Under the pieces are notes generated by a model. It was not told the DNA's origin. It ran no database searches and saw nothing but the letters and a program-made list of their open reading frames with translations. 64,000 bases of DNA from an uncultured delta proteobacterium (lineage in GTDB: Bacteria > Desulfobacterota > BSN033 > UBA1163), in assembly GCA_963827685.1 (NCBI GenBank), contig CAWHBU010000005.1:288001-352000 (forward strand), read 5' to 3'. Both the position numbers and the translations under genes were made by a program. This document shows positions 47,601 to 56,200 of the stretch, in pieces (the first letter of the stretch is position 1; every line of letters starts with the position of its first letter).

Positions 47601-47737
47601 CCCAAAAGAGGCTTTATAAGGCTGGGAAGGGCCGCAATATCATGGCCATAGAGTTTCCGTTCTATCTTATCAAAAGATACTCTGCTTCCAAATTTTTCCT
47701 CAAGATACGATTGGTGCTTTTCACCGAATTGGCTCAT
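44657..47737 (-). CDS. FAD-linked oxidase (GlcD-like) fused to Fe-S/CCG domains (GlcF-like), with a Met-rich C-terminal tail
   Basis: PDAVVQP, STVGG, two CxxCxxCxxxC clusters, two CCG domains and WHDSCH. Confidence 0.88.
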   Translation of the reverse strand: MSQFGEKHQSYLEEKFGSRVSFDKIERKLYGHDIAALPSLIKPLLGNTTPDAVVQPEAEKELVELVRWAQENNIPLTPRGKASSGYGGVLPMKQGVVVDFYRMNRIVRIDPQALTASVESGVVWEKLDRELEKQRLTLRLYPSSYPSSTVGGWLAQGGAGIGSYEAGWLRDNVISARVVLPNGEVREFKGQDLDLISEVEGITGLISEVTLRVQPLEELEVVSISSPKAHDFQQLAQSFIDKKLPIWSLIFINPRMAELKNKAPLMEHNGHPAEKRVILPLSYITTLAFRKRDREAVISQLPELLRSCNGELLSHEIAEHEWKNRFKLMLVKRLGPSLVPSEIVVPLAALGDVMEEIEDKVNQPLVKEGVVIRQGASGQPEVVILGFIPSDERKFAYNLVFGLVLTVIKIAERHGGRAFATGIYLGTKAPKILGENRVKQLKVLKAQIDPKSIMNPGKVITNGLLGAAIGLAGVFEPLLRLVGNSVVMAIGEHPTKPVRGIPADVAWYAYGCSQCGYCVDECDQFYGRGWESQSPRGKWYWLREYMEGREQWDQFMVDTILVCTTCELCNLRCSASLPIEPSWMKLRGLLVNEKKKMTFPPFEMMGAALQKEGNIWAAYRRNRAAWFPKDLEEKHGPPHRAKVAYFAGCTASYVENDIALATVRLLDAAGVDFTYSGERESCCGIPMLVAGKWDVFEETFRKNLKVMKEAGVDTVIASCPACDMMWRQVYPAWAEKLGLEYGITARHYSEVLAEKIKAGELLFPSKEKQKAVTVTWHDSCHIGRASGVYEPPREVIQAIPGVHLVEMRHNREAGHCCGSVLTLIKDPPVAAEVGKTRLDEALEVGAEKVLSLCPCCEFQLRVSADKKKIPIEVVDLAHFTASALGYDLPDPNPEVHRQWAVFEAMIPLMTPQGFANLMSTMWPELIDAMPLGMGSMMRFMGKIPGALDLMKPMFPILFPKLLPLMMPKVMPVMLGRVAEQVPMPDYMQEQMGELMPKVMDHLMPHMISDVVPLVTQPMIDYLRKTN

Positions 47738-47779
47738 CGCGTCACTCCATCCATTAGCAGATTTGATTTGCTTTGCGGC

Positions 47780-48124
47780 TCAGACCAAATGAGAGCCTCG
47801 CTTGAAGTGTCTGAGACTGGAGACCATCTTCCCCTTTTCCCGAAATTGTTCGAAGAGAACTTCTTTTATTAAATGGCAGGCCTGAATGATCTTGGGGTTT
47901 GCGATACGATAATAAATATTGACGCCTTCCCGCCTGGTTAGGATCACTCCTTTCGATTTTAACACGCTCATATGCTGGGAAAGGTTGGCTTTGCTTAGGC
48001 CAATTCTCTCGACCAACTCGCTGGCCGACATCTCTTTACCATTCAGCAAATTGATGATCTCAAGTCGTTTGGCATTGGAAAAAATCTTGCAAAGATCGGC
48101 GTGAAGTTCGTATATCTTTTCCAT
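47780..48124 (-). CDS. ArsR/SmtB family transcriptional regulator
   Basis: KIFSNAKRLEII, NLSQHMSVL and RREG..IYY motifs. Confidence 0.9.
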   Translation of the reverse strand: MEKIYELHADLCKIFSNAKRLEIINLLNGKEMSASELVERIGLSKANLSQHMSVLKSKGVILTRREGVNIYYRIANPKIIQACHLIKEVLFEQFREKGKMVSSLRHFKRGSHLV

Positions 48125-48289
48125 TATTTCTCCTTTGCTTCAGGCTGACTCGGCTCGATAGATTCCTTCTGAGACAAAGCCAATTTCACCCGTATTTCCC
48201 TTCTGAGCTACCATCCAAAACGAGATAAAATACTTCAGAGTTAAGTGGCGGTTTATCGATCGGTTCCCCATTTGTTTATAAGTTTATTA

Positions 48290-48334
48290 GTTTCATATCT
48301 CCTAAACTCTAATATCTTGAAACATATTTGTCAA
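48290..48334 (-). promoter_or_regulatory. Sigma70 promoter with an inverted-repeat operator (probable ArsR site)
   Basis: TTGACA-17-TAGAGT (minus strand); GTTTCA...TGAAAC palindrome spans the -10. Confidence 0.55.
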
Positions 48335-48549
48335 GTTCTTTTGGGGAAAGCTCTGAAAAACTACTTCACGCTTTCTCGATTGCACAGATTTCAAAAAACG
48401 ATTACGCAGACTTTTATTTAATTCCAGTGTTTCTAATCTATGTAATCGATTTGATAATCGGTGCAATCAGAGATTTCTGGACTCTTTCAGAAATCTCTTG
48501 GATTCTGGTGTGCGGAACTCTTTACCCGCTGGACCTTTTATCTTCTTCT

Positions 48550-49359
48550 TTACCTGTCTTTGTGCCCACCTGTCCAATGCAGAATACTGTCTTTTTCAAC
48601 ATTCAACCTTTTTGAAAGATCTTCTGCCCTTCTCTGGACGAAACGGGCATGAAAGACGCTGAAGACCGCGAAAGGGGGATATAAGATAACAACCACCTGA
48701 AATAGGTGGAGGAGAGCCTGCACTTTTGAAAATTCACCAAAGAAGCTGAGCACCCCGTAAAGCCCGAAGACAATGGGCATAAGTGTCCCCACATATTTCC
48801 CAACCATTTTGATTTCATAATCCTTCCGGTTGAAGTGCCTGATTCCCAGATCATCCATGGTCCAGAGCGTCGATAGGAGGAGAGCGACGAGAATTGTGAT
48901 CCCTGTGGCAATCAAAAGTCGTCCCGGTTGAAACTGGCTTCGGGGCAAAAAGAGGGGGGCTGTGGTGTTCGATCCTGTAACGATCTGAAGAATACCCAGG
49001 AGTTTTGTAGCAAAAAGAAGTCCGATACCAATACCCTGAAAAGGCCGGAAGAGCCAGTGTTTTATAGGATGGATTTCCAATTCTTTCTTTCCTTTAATTT
49101 GAACAAAAATCCCTTTTCTCCTTCGCATAACAGAACCAAGCTTACTGAAGATTGGCGATAATAAAAGGAGTGGAAGGCAGAGGAAAAGAGCAATTCGGAA
49201 AAACCGGAGCAATCCCCTGTAGATTGCCTCCCAGCCTCTCATAAACGCAAACTCCCCTAAAAGAACGGAGACGACAATGGTGATAATCAACACCAGGAAG
49301 GCGTGCCCGAACTCCTTTGTCCAGCGATGAAAATTCTTTGAAGGCATCAAATGGACCAT
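48550..49359 (-). CDS. Hypothetical multi-pass membrane protein
   Basis: About six hydrophobic segments; no recognised motif. Confidence 0.65.
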   Translation of the reverse strand: MVHLMPSKNFHRWTKEFGHAFLVLIITIVVSVLLGEFAFMRGWEAIYRGLLRFFRIALFLCLPLLLLSPIFSKLGSVMRRRKGIFVQIKGKKELEIHPIKHWLFRPFQGIGIGLLFATKLLGILQIVTGSNTTAPLFLPRSQFQPGRLLIATGITILVALLLSTLWTMDDLGIRHFNRKDYEIKMVGKYVGTLMPIVFGLYGVLSFFGEFSKVQALLHLFQVVVILYPPFAVFSVFHARFVQRRAEDLSKRLNVEKDSILHWTGGHKDR

Positions 49360-49553
49360 CCTTCTTGCTCCCTATGAAGCAAAGCATCTATAGGACAATA
49401 AAGATACTTTTAGTTAGTGCCTATACTTTGTCTTGATCAGAACATCGGTGTTGGCACAGTGCCTAACCACTTCCTGAGGGTGTAGCTTGGGGCGAGAATC
49501 AGAATTTCAAGGGGCCCCGCAGACATGTCTCCTCCCCTTTCAATCTCCTTCAT

Positions 49554-49784
49554 TTACTTGATCCATTCCTCGATCTGTTCCACTTTTGGAACCTTACCTG
49601 TCGTCTTGACTACTCCGTCTATCACCAAGGCGGGAGTTGACATCACTCCGTAAGCCATAATTTTCTTGATGTCCTCAACCTTGGTGACTTCGACCTCGTT
49701 GCCGCTCTGCTTAACTGCGTCAAGGACGTTTTGATACAATTTGTTGCAATTCGAACACCCCATGCCCAAGATCTCGATTTTCAT
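49554..49784 (-). CDS. Small redox-active disulfide protein (MTH895-like thioredoxin family)
   Basis: MKIEILGMGCSNC and YGVMSTPALVIDG. Confidence 0.9.
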   Translation of the reverse strand: MKIEILGMGCSNCNKLYQNVLDAVKQSGNEVEVTKVEDIKKIMAYGVMSTPALVIDGVVKTTGKVPKVEQIEEWIK

Positions 49785-49833
49785 TTTACATTCTCCTTTC
49801 ATTTGGGTTCTAATTTTCTTTCATAAATTGGAA

Positions 49834-50537
49834 TTACAAAATGGCATTGAAAAGGTAGCCTACGATAATAATCGCTACAGACACAATGCCCGCAAAAATA
49901 CCGATGAGCTTCGGCTTGATGACCTTCCGTAAAATAATCATCTCCGGCGTAGATATTGCCACGATGGACATCATGAAAGCAAGCGCCGTCCCCATGGGTA
50001 ATCCCTTCTCTACCAGAGCCTGAACAATAGGGATCGTTCCAGCGGCGTTCGAGTAGAGAGGAATACCTATCAATACTGCCACAATCACAGCGAAGGGGTT
50101 ACCCGGGCCTGCATACTTCAACACAAAATCCATGGGGACGTAACCGTGAATCCATGCCCCAAGTCCAATACCAATGAGAACAAACAACCATACTCGCTTG
50201 AGGATGTCTTTCGTATAGTCTCGGGCGTACCCTAACCTTTCCTTCCAAGTGGGGACAATCGTTTCGCTTTCACCCATCTTGATCTGGTAAACATAGTCTT
50301 CGACCAGATGTTCCAGCTTTAATTTCCCAATAATGATGCCACCGAAAAAGGCAAGGGTGACTCCAGTGGTAGTGTAGATAAAAGCAATCTTCCATCCGAA
50401 CAGGCCCCACAGCATGATCATAGCCACTTCGTTTACGGTGGGGGAGGAGATCAGAAAAGAGAAAGTTACTCCTAACGGGAGTCCTGATTCTACAAAGCCG
50501 ATGAACATGGGCACTGCCGAGCAGGAGCAGAAGGGCG
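49834..50537 (-). pseudogene. 5'-truncated ArsP/DUF318-type permease
   Basis: PFCSCSAVP, SFLISSP.VNE, IPLYSNAAG and GTALAFMM; the N-terminal part is replaced by arsC sequence. Confidence 0.8.
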
Positions 50538-50660
50538 GGACCCCGCACTAAAAACTTCTACCCTTTCTCCTCCAAAGACTTCAGCAAACCCCTGCGCCAT
50601 TTGACTTCGGCAGGCATTCTCAACACAGACAAAAACAATTTTCGCTTTTTCTTTCTTCAT
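50530..50660 (-). pseudogene. arsC: 3'-truncated arsenate reductase (LMWP type)
   Basis: FVCVENACRSQMA...VFSAGSRPS, then runs into permease DNA. Confidence 0.8.
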
Positions 50661-50733
50661 ATAGGCAGTAGAGCCCACTTTTCTCTCAAACAACTCGCCT
50701 CTCTGGGCCTTGATGCCACGAGAAGCGCACTCT

Positions 50734-51036
50734 TTATGGGGTTTTATCTTTCCGGTCGGCAACATAGTCCCTGTATTCCTTAAGAAGGACACTTTTGTAC
50801 TCCCGTCTGGCAGAGGCCGGAATATAATTATTATGTTTCTCCAACCTATCGAGGATTTCTTCGGCCGTCTCGTTATTCGGCTGTCTGCCTTCAGAGTAAA
50901 GTTCGGCCAGTATCTCGTCTAAGCAATTAACACGGACCTGTGTTTTGTCAGGAAACTTCAGCATGCGCCAACGAACTGTTGGCCGGTCGGAATCGTCTCC
51001 TCATGTTAATCAACCTATATTTTCAGACGGTGACAT
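50734..51036 (-). CDS. Candidate di-selenoprotein with a UxxU motif (100 aa): MSPSENIG-U-LT-U-GDDSDRPTVRWRMLKF...NYIP...
   Basis: RBS GGGGAGGTG before ATG 51036; in-frame TGA at 51010-51012 and 51001-51003; the frame continues into ORF 50734-50964, whose ATG lacks an RBS; SECIS-like hairpin GCCAAC-AGTTC-GTTGGC. Confidence 0.72.
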
Positions 51037-51289
51037 ATTGCACCTCCCCAATTGTTTTTTCCGGCAGGCAAGCTAAATAGCGACGAGAAAGACGTTCAGT
51101 GCGAAAGCCAGGACCGGTCTCCTTTTGAATTTCGAGTTAAGAAATTATCAACTCCGGAGGATGCGTGCCCCTGCTCCGCATCGTGATGGTACTCCCATGC
51201 CTTTCCCCACACATGCGACACCGATAAGAATAAAAGACCATTCTCGCATGGGAGAACATCCGAAGTTTTGACTTATTATATCCGCCGTG

Positions 51290-51511
51290 TCAGGCTTTCT
51301 GCTTGCCCGTCATGCCCATCATTTTCATCATGCCCTGCATATCCATACCGCACGATTTCATCATGTCCCCGCAGAAGGGCATCATCTCTGCCATCATCTT
51401 TTCAGGATTCTTCGTGAAAATCTCTCTGAAAGAGGGCATTATTAACTTCATGAATTCAATTTTCTCCTCATCGCCAAGATTGTCGAACTGGTGTTTCAGG
51501 TCTTCTATCAT
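51290..51511 (-). CDS. Small Met-rich protein
   Basis: RBS AAGGAGG; MMAEMMPFCGDMMKSCGMDMQGMMKMMGM. Confidence 0.75.
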   Translation of the reverse strand: MIEDLKHQFDNLGDEEKIEFMKLIMPSFREIFTKNPEKMMAEMMPFCGDMMKSCGMDMQGMMKMMGMTGKQKA

Positions 51512-51587
51512 GATTTTGCCTCCTTTCATGGCATGCGTACTTGCTGGCCCTTTGCCATTAGTACCACCATAAATCTCTTAACCAGGT

Positions 51588-52385
51588 CTACTTCACTTTT
51601 GGATGTTCCGTGCCAAGGTTGAAATGGCATTGACCGCATTCCTGGATTCCACGAGTATTCTCCAACACACTGCCTTTGTCATGACAGCTCCTGCAGGATT
51701 CTGCCGCCGCTGATAAGTTGTAGTTCCGTTGAAAGGTGCCCGCAAAATAATCATTTAAAAGCTCAACCGTATGCATTGCTACGCTTGCCGCAAGTCGTCC
51801 GCATCTTTCATTCCGGGCAGGGCTGAAGGACTTAAACCCGGAAGCCTTGCACCAGTTTGTAACGGAAACATGACATAAAGGAGAACCAGATTTACTTTTA
51901 ACTATTTCTCCATCATAAATTTTCGGTTTCGCAGGTTTATATATTGGAAGTCCTGTCTGTTCGTACCAGTGGTATAGGTCTTTAACAATATCAAAAGCCT
52001 TCTCCCTTTTTTCGATACTACCTGTAACTAAGAATATCGCAAAGGAAGCTCCGTTCAGCGCCCCACAAAAATTTGAAGTCCCAGCCATTCCTCCTTCCCC
52101 CACTACCCACATTTCAGTGGGGATAGAAGTATAAGGAGACCCTACATTCTTTGCTAACTCATTGATGATGGCCGAAAATGCTCCATAACAGCAAGCCCCT
52201 TTTAAATATCCCTCATAACCTCGTTTTCCAACGGCGTTTACATCCAGCTTTTTATACGGCCATGGTAATGCGGCTGCTTCCTCAGCCCTTACCCCAAATA
52301 CCTCTTTTGTCGCCAACCCTGTAATTGCCGTGCCTAATACGAGACCGCTTAAGCCCCTTAATACATCTCTTCTTGTAACCTCCAT
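51588..52385 (-). CDS. Split-Soret cytochrome c-like / C-GCAxxG-C-C family protein with Tat signal
   Basis: TRRDVL twin-Arg; CCYG, CGALNG, LCHVSV and RCG motifs; C-terminal CRSCH and CGQCH heme motifs. Confidence 0.8.
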   Translation of the reverse strand: MEVTRRDVLRGLSGLVLGTAITGLATKEVFGVRAEEAAALPWPYKKLDVNAVGKRGYEGYLKGACCYGAFSAIINELAKNVGSPYTSIPTEMWVVGEGGMAGTSNFCGALNGASFAIFLVTGSIEKREKAFDIVKDLYHWYEQTGLPIYKPAKPKIYDGEIVKSKSGSPLCHVSVTNWCKASGFKSFSPARNERCGRLAASVAMHTVELLNDYFAGTFQRNYNLSAAAESCRSCHDKGSVLENTRGIQECGQCHFNLGTEHPKVK

Positions 52386-52552
52386 TTCTTAACCTCCTTC
52401 TATAGTTTTCTGATTTGATTCAATTTCAACCTGATTCCCACGTGAAAACTAAGAATTAGATTTTCACGTTCCCAATTTTTGGATGAAACCGAAACCCTTA
52501 CTGAACATACTTTGCTCTCCCCTCTTTTCGATCTCAACTGTTCGTGCCCCCT

Positions 52553-53647
52553 TTATGGCTTACAGGATACGTGGCAGACCCCAGCCGGAGTCTCCACGGC
52601 ATAGGGGAAATATTTTTTCTTAAACCAGAGAGCCACGTTGACAAGGCTGATCAAGACAGGAACCTCTAAGAGAGGGCCGATGACGGCAGCAAAGGCTTGC
52701 CCCGAATTGACCCCGAACACGGCAACCGCCACAGCAATGGCGAGCTCAAAATTATTTGACGCCGCCGTGAAGCTTAGCGTGGTGGACTGTTCATAGGTGG
52801 CCCGCACCTTCGCCGACAGATAAAAGGAGACGAAGAACATGACTACGAAATAGATGAATAATGGAATGGCAACCCGGACAACATCCAGCGGGAGCTGTAC
52901 AATAAACTCACCCTTAAGAGAGAACATAACCAGAATGGTGAAGAGAAGGGCAATCAGGGTGATGGGGCTGATCTTTGGGACGAATTTCTCCTCGTACCAC
53001 TCCCGTCCCAGTGTTTTCAGGCCGATGAGTCTCGAAAGGACACCCGCGATAAAAGGTATTCCAAGATAAATGAATACACTTTCAGCAATCTGCCCAATTG
53101 TGATTTTGACTGCCATTCCTTTTAGTCCCAGCCAGGGGGGTAGCACGGTGATAAAGATATAGGCATAGATGGAGAAAAAAAGAACCTGGAAAATAGAATT
53201 AAATGCAACAAGCCCGGCGCAGTACTCTCTGTCACCAGAAGCCAGGTCATTCCAGACGATGACCATGGCGATGCAGCGGGCCAGACCGATCAAGATCAAC
53301 CCCACCATGTATTCATGATAGCCGGAAAGAAAGGTAATGGCTAAAAGAAACATAAGGATGGGTCCGATGATCCAGTTCTGGACTAAAGAAAGGGCAAGGA
53401 CTTTATAGTTGCGAAACACCTGGCCAAGTTGTTCGTATCTCACCTTCGCTAAAGGCGGGTACATCATTAGAATAAGCCCGATGGCAATCGGAACATTGGT
53501 CGTCCCGGATTGAAACTGATTCCAGAAGCCGACCACACCAGGGAAGAGATATCCCCAGCCCACACCCACAAACATCGCCAGAAAGATCCACAAAGTCAGA
53601 AACCGATCCAGGAATGAGAGTTTTCGAGTCACCTCTTCTCCAGCCAT
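52553..53647 (-). CDS. acr3: ACR3 family arsenite efflux transporter
   Basis: [28 protein letters not shown] and [12 protein letters not shown] motifs. Confidence 0.95.
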   Translation of the reverse strand: MAGEEVTRKLSFLDRFLTLWIFLAMFVGVGWGYLFPGVVGFWNQFQSGTTNVPIAIGLILMMYPPLAKVRYEQLGQVFRNYKVLALSLVQNWIIGPILMFLLAITFLSGYHEYMVGLILIGLARCIAMVIVWNDLASGDREYCAGLVAFNSIFQVLFFSIYAYIFITVLPPWLGLKGMAVKITIGQIAESVFIYLGIPFIAGVLSRLIGLKTLGREWYEEKFVPKISPITLIALLFTILVMFSLKGEFIVQLPLDVVRVAIPLFIYFVVMFFVSFYLSAKVRATYEQSTTLSFTAASNNFELAIAVAVAVFGVNSGQAFAAVIGPLLEVPVLISLVNVALWFKKKYFPYAVETPAGVCHVSCKP

Positions 53648-53732
53648 TTTCCATATCCTCCTTTTCTTCCTGTTAATTCATCCAATATCCAAAGGAACTA
53701 CTTCTTCCAATGTCAATCTTCTGAAAAGAAAA

Positions 53733-55010
53733 CTATGGACACTGAATCACACCCTGCGCCCACAGACAGCCACCACAAGTGGGAAAGGGGTTGCCAAAAC
53801 AATCCTCTTCATTTGACTCGATCAGATCACAGCCTCCACAGAAGGTACAGTATGAAAAGTCAAATTTCTGTACGCGTTCCCGGAAGGTGACATATTCCGG
53901 TGCATTCCATAAGACCTTCAGGTCGCGCTCACTGACATTCCCAATGACATATCTTTTTAGGTAACGAACCCAACTATTCAAGTACGTTTTATAGCTATGA
54001 AGAAGTGGTAGACACGGGCTGAGATTACCTTCCCAACCTATTGCTGTTGCCCCACTCTCGACAAATGGACAGCGGTCGTTTGATTCGTCAAAGCCGGCCC
54101 CTGCGAAGATGATGCTATGACCTCCTCGCATGGCCTTAAATAGGGATTCTTGGGTGGTCTCGTTCACATCCATCTTGGGGAGTCTCATCCGAGCACCCCA
54201 GGATGTAGGAAGATAGATTGCATCGGTCAAAGCGCGCGAATATAAAATCTCATCACACATTTCCACGCTGTAGGGGAGAACATTGGTCACAAGGAAGCGA
54301 CTTGCGCCTAATTGGCTCCCAAGGTGAATCACGGCAGGAAGGTCAGCAATATTGCGCTTCATGGCCACAAAGACGACGCCGATCTGCGGGTTCAAATGCT
54401 GATCAAAACCGAAGGGCGGAGGGTAGTCGCCCCAACGGATTCTTCGTAAATCGGCAAGATTGGCGAGCACTTCAGGAAGGGCAGCCCCCAGCCGCACGTC
54501 TGCGTAACTCTCAGGCGTAGCGCCATCCAGTGAAACCCAGAGCATGTCGAGGCCGGCTTCAATCAACCGGAGTGACAGCTCCTGGGTTAGAAGTGTCCCG
54601 TTGGTGATCAGTTCGACTGTTATGCCAAGAGCCTTGACCCTTGCTACCATTTCGACAATGCCTGGATGAGACAGGGGCTCACCAAACCCACCAAAAAAAA
54701 CAGTAGGCGGAGGAGAGAAGACTTTCAAACCCGTGATGATCCGCGAGAAGGTCTCGTTGCTCATCTGGCCTAAGGGTTCATCCCAAACATTTCGCATACA
54801 GGTACGGCACCCCAGGTTACAGGCATTTGTTGGTTCAATGTACACCTTAGAGAGTTGCGTCACAGGCTGGCGAAGATGCAAGGCATTTGACCTTTCATCG
54901 ATATAAACTTCGGCGCCAGGCTTCAGTCCGTAGAGGGACACCACCTCCCGCGGCAGAATCAGTCGCCCTTCATCATCCACATAAGCCCGTAATTCTGATT
55001 TCAGCCTCAT
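53733..55010 (-). CDS. Radical SAM/SPASM-type protein with an N-terminal AbrB-like domain (resembles tungsten/metalloenzyme maturase rSAMs)
   Basis: VDDEGRLILP N-terminus, CNLGCRTC, GGFGEP, and C-terminal CTFCGGC...DC...PTCGGCLWAQGVIQCP. Confidence 0.85.
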   Translation of the reverse strand: MRLKSELRAYVDDEGRLILPREVVSLYGLKPGAEVYIDERSNALHLRQPVTQLSKVYIEPTNACNLGCRTCMRNVWDEPLGQMSNETFSRIITGLKVFSPPPTVFFGGFGEPLSHPGIVEMVARVKALGITVELITNGTLLTQELSLRLIEAGLDMLWVSLDGATPESYADVRLGAALPEVLANLADLRRIRWGDYPPPFGFDQHLNPQIGVVFVAMKRNIADLPAVIHLGSQLGASRFLVTNVLPYSVEMCDEILYSRALTDAIYLPTSWGARMRLPKMDVNETTQESLFKAMRGGHSIIFAGAGFDESNDRCPFVESGATAIGWEGNLSPCLPLLHSYKTYLNSWVRYLKRYVIGNVSERDLKVLWNAPEYVTFRERVQKFDFSYCTFCGGCDLIESNEEDCFGNPFPTCGGCLWAQGVIQCP

Positions 55011-55016
55011 GTGATC

Positions 55017-56129
55017 TCAATAGGGAATCGGTCTTTTAAGTTGATCCTTTGAAGAAATGATCAGCTCTTCAATTTCTGGATCAGACTCCATCCCAGGGTG
55101 CATAAGGGGGAGATGGTTCTCAAAAGTATTCTTACCCTCTGTACTTGGCATTTTCTTCAGTTGTTCATTAAATTGTTTCATCATCTCTTTGGGGTTTTCG
55201 ATTTCTTTGGCATGTTGAGGCTCCTTCATCCTCTTTTGGATTTCTTTGATGTTTTTTTGGATCATTGTCTGTGGGAGGACATCCACAAATTCGTTAGACC
55301 CCTTTAATAGTCTTAAATTCATTTTTCCAATATGAGCCCCAAAAGCATCCGTCTGAACATAGATGGAATTATGGAACTGCTTCGGGAAAATGAAAGAGCG
55401 ATCATTTCCCCCAATGACAACCGATATTTTTGGAATTCTTTCCGTAAAAGTCTGAATCTCCGTAGGGGTGAGATGGGCAAGGGCAATGATATGGTCGCAG
55501 CCGGCCAAGTAACGATTGATTGTTTCCAGTGAGGCTTTTATGGGGTCTTCAACAAAATAGCTCTTTAATTCCTTCTGAATAAAGGGGTGAATATCAGGAG
55601 TCAGAAGGCCGATGATTCCTATTTTCATGCCATCCACTTCTATTATGAGGTGGGATTTAAAAATGGGGCTTCCCGTCTTTTTTTCTTTCAGATTTGCAGA
55701 GAGAAAGGGAATTTTGGAATTTTTTTGAAGGGCCTTCAAATATTCAATACCTAACCCGAGATCTGTATCCCCAATGTTGATCGCGTTATATCCCATCTTT
55801 TCGTAAACCCTCAAAACGAACTCTGCCCTTTTTCGGGCTTTCTCTCTTTCACTCGGTCGATCGAAGTAGCTCATTATCAACGCGTCCCCGCCGTCGAGAA
55901 GGAGAAGGTTTTGGGCTTCCTCTCTGACTTTCTTGATATAGTGATCTCTTCTTGCCAGCCCCCCGTTATTTCCTGTTTCAGGACAAGTGCCGCAGGGTTC
56001 CAATTCTCCTAAAGTGTTCGAAGTATAGATCAGCGTCATAGAGGTCTCGCTTCCGAGGACTGAAGAGGAAATGTAATGTAAAGTAAAAAAGGTAAGGATG
56101 ATACTAATCGAGATTATTCTTCTCATCAT
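55017..56129 (-). CDS. Secreted UshA/5'-nucleotidase-like metallophosphoesterase-fold protein (Cys form)
   Basis: GELEPCGTC...GGLARR, LDGGD, FLSANL and IIALAH motifs. Confidence 0.75.
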   Translation of the reverse strand: MMRRIISISIILTFFTLHYISSSVLGSETSMTLIYTSNTLGELEPCGTCPETGNNGGLARRDHYIKKVREEAQNLLLLDGGDALIMSYFDRPSEREKARKRAEFVLRVYEKMGYNAINIGDTDLGLGIEYLKALQKNSKIPFLSANLKEKKTGSPIFKSHLIIEVDGMKIGIIGLLTPDIHPFIQKELKSYFVEDPIKASLETINRYLAGCDHIIALAHLTPTEIQTFTERIPKISVVIGGNDRSFIFPKQFHNSIYVQTDAFGAHIGKMNLRLLKGSNEFVDVLPQTMIQKNIKEIQKRMKEPQHAKEIENPKEMMKQFNEQLKKMPSTEGKNTFENHLPLMHPGMESDPEIEELIISSKDQLKRPIPY

Positions 56130-56200
56130 CTTCCCTCTTTCTCAATCAATTCCTTTCGGTGCCGCCATTAGGCAATATCGAGAGCCTCAGAGTAGTAGGT

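Noticed and set aside
49435-49525. ORF MSAGPLEILILAPS... after the thioredoxin gene
   Set aside because: It has an RBS but at best resembles a decayed DGC start; not supportable as a gene.
51148-51249. Short ORF MREWSFILIGVACVGKGMGVPSRCGAGARILRS on the minus strand
   Set aside because: No convincing RBS or recognisable motif; possibly a decayed gene.
52464-52508. Mini-ORF MFSKGFGFIQKLGT with an RNP1-like KGFGFI
   Set aside because: Only 14 codons, and a TAG follows five codons after the TGA; chance or a remnant.
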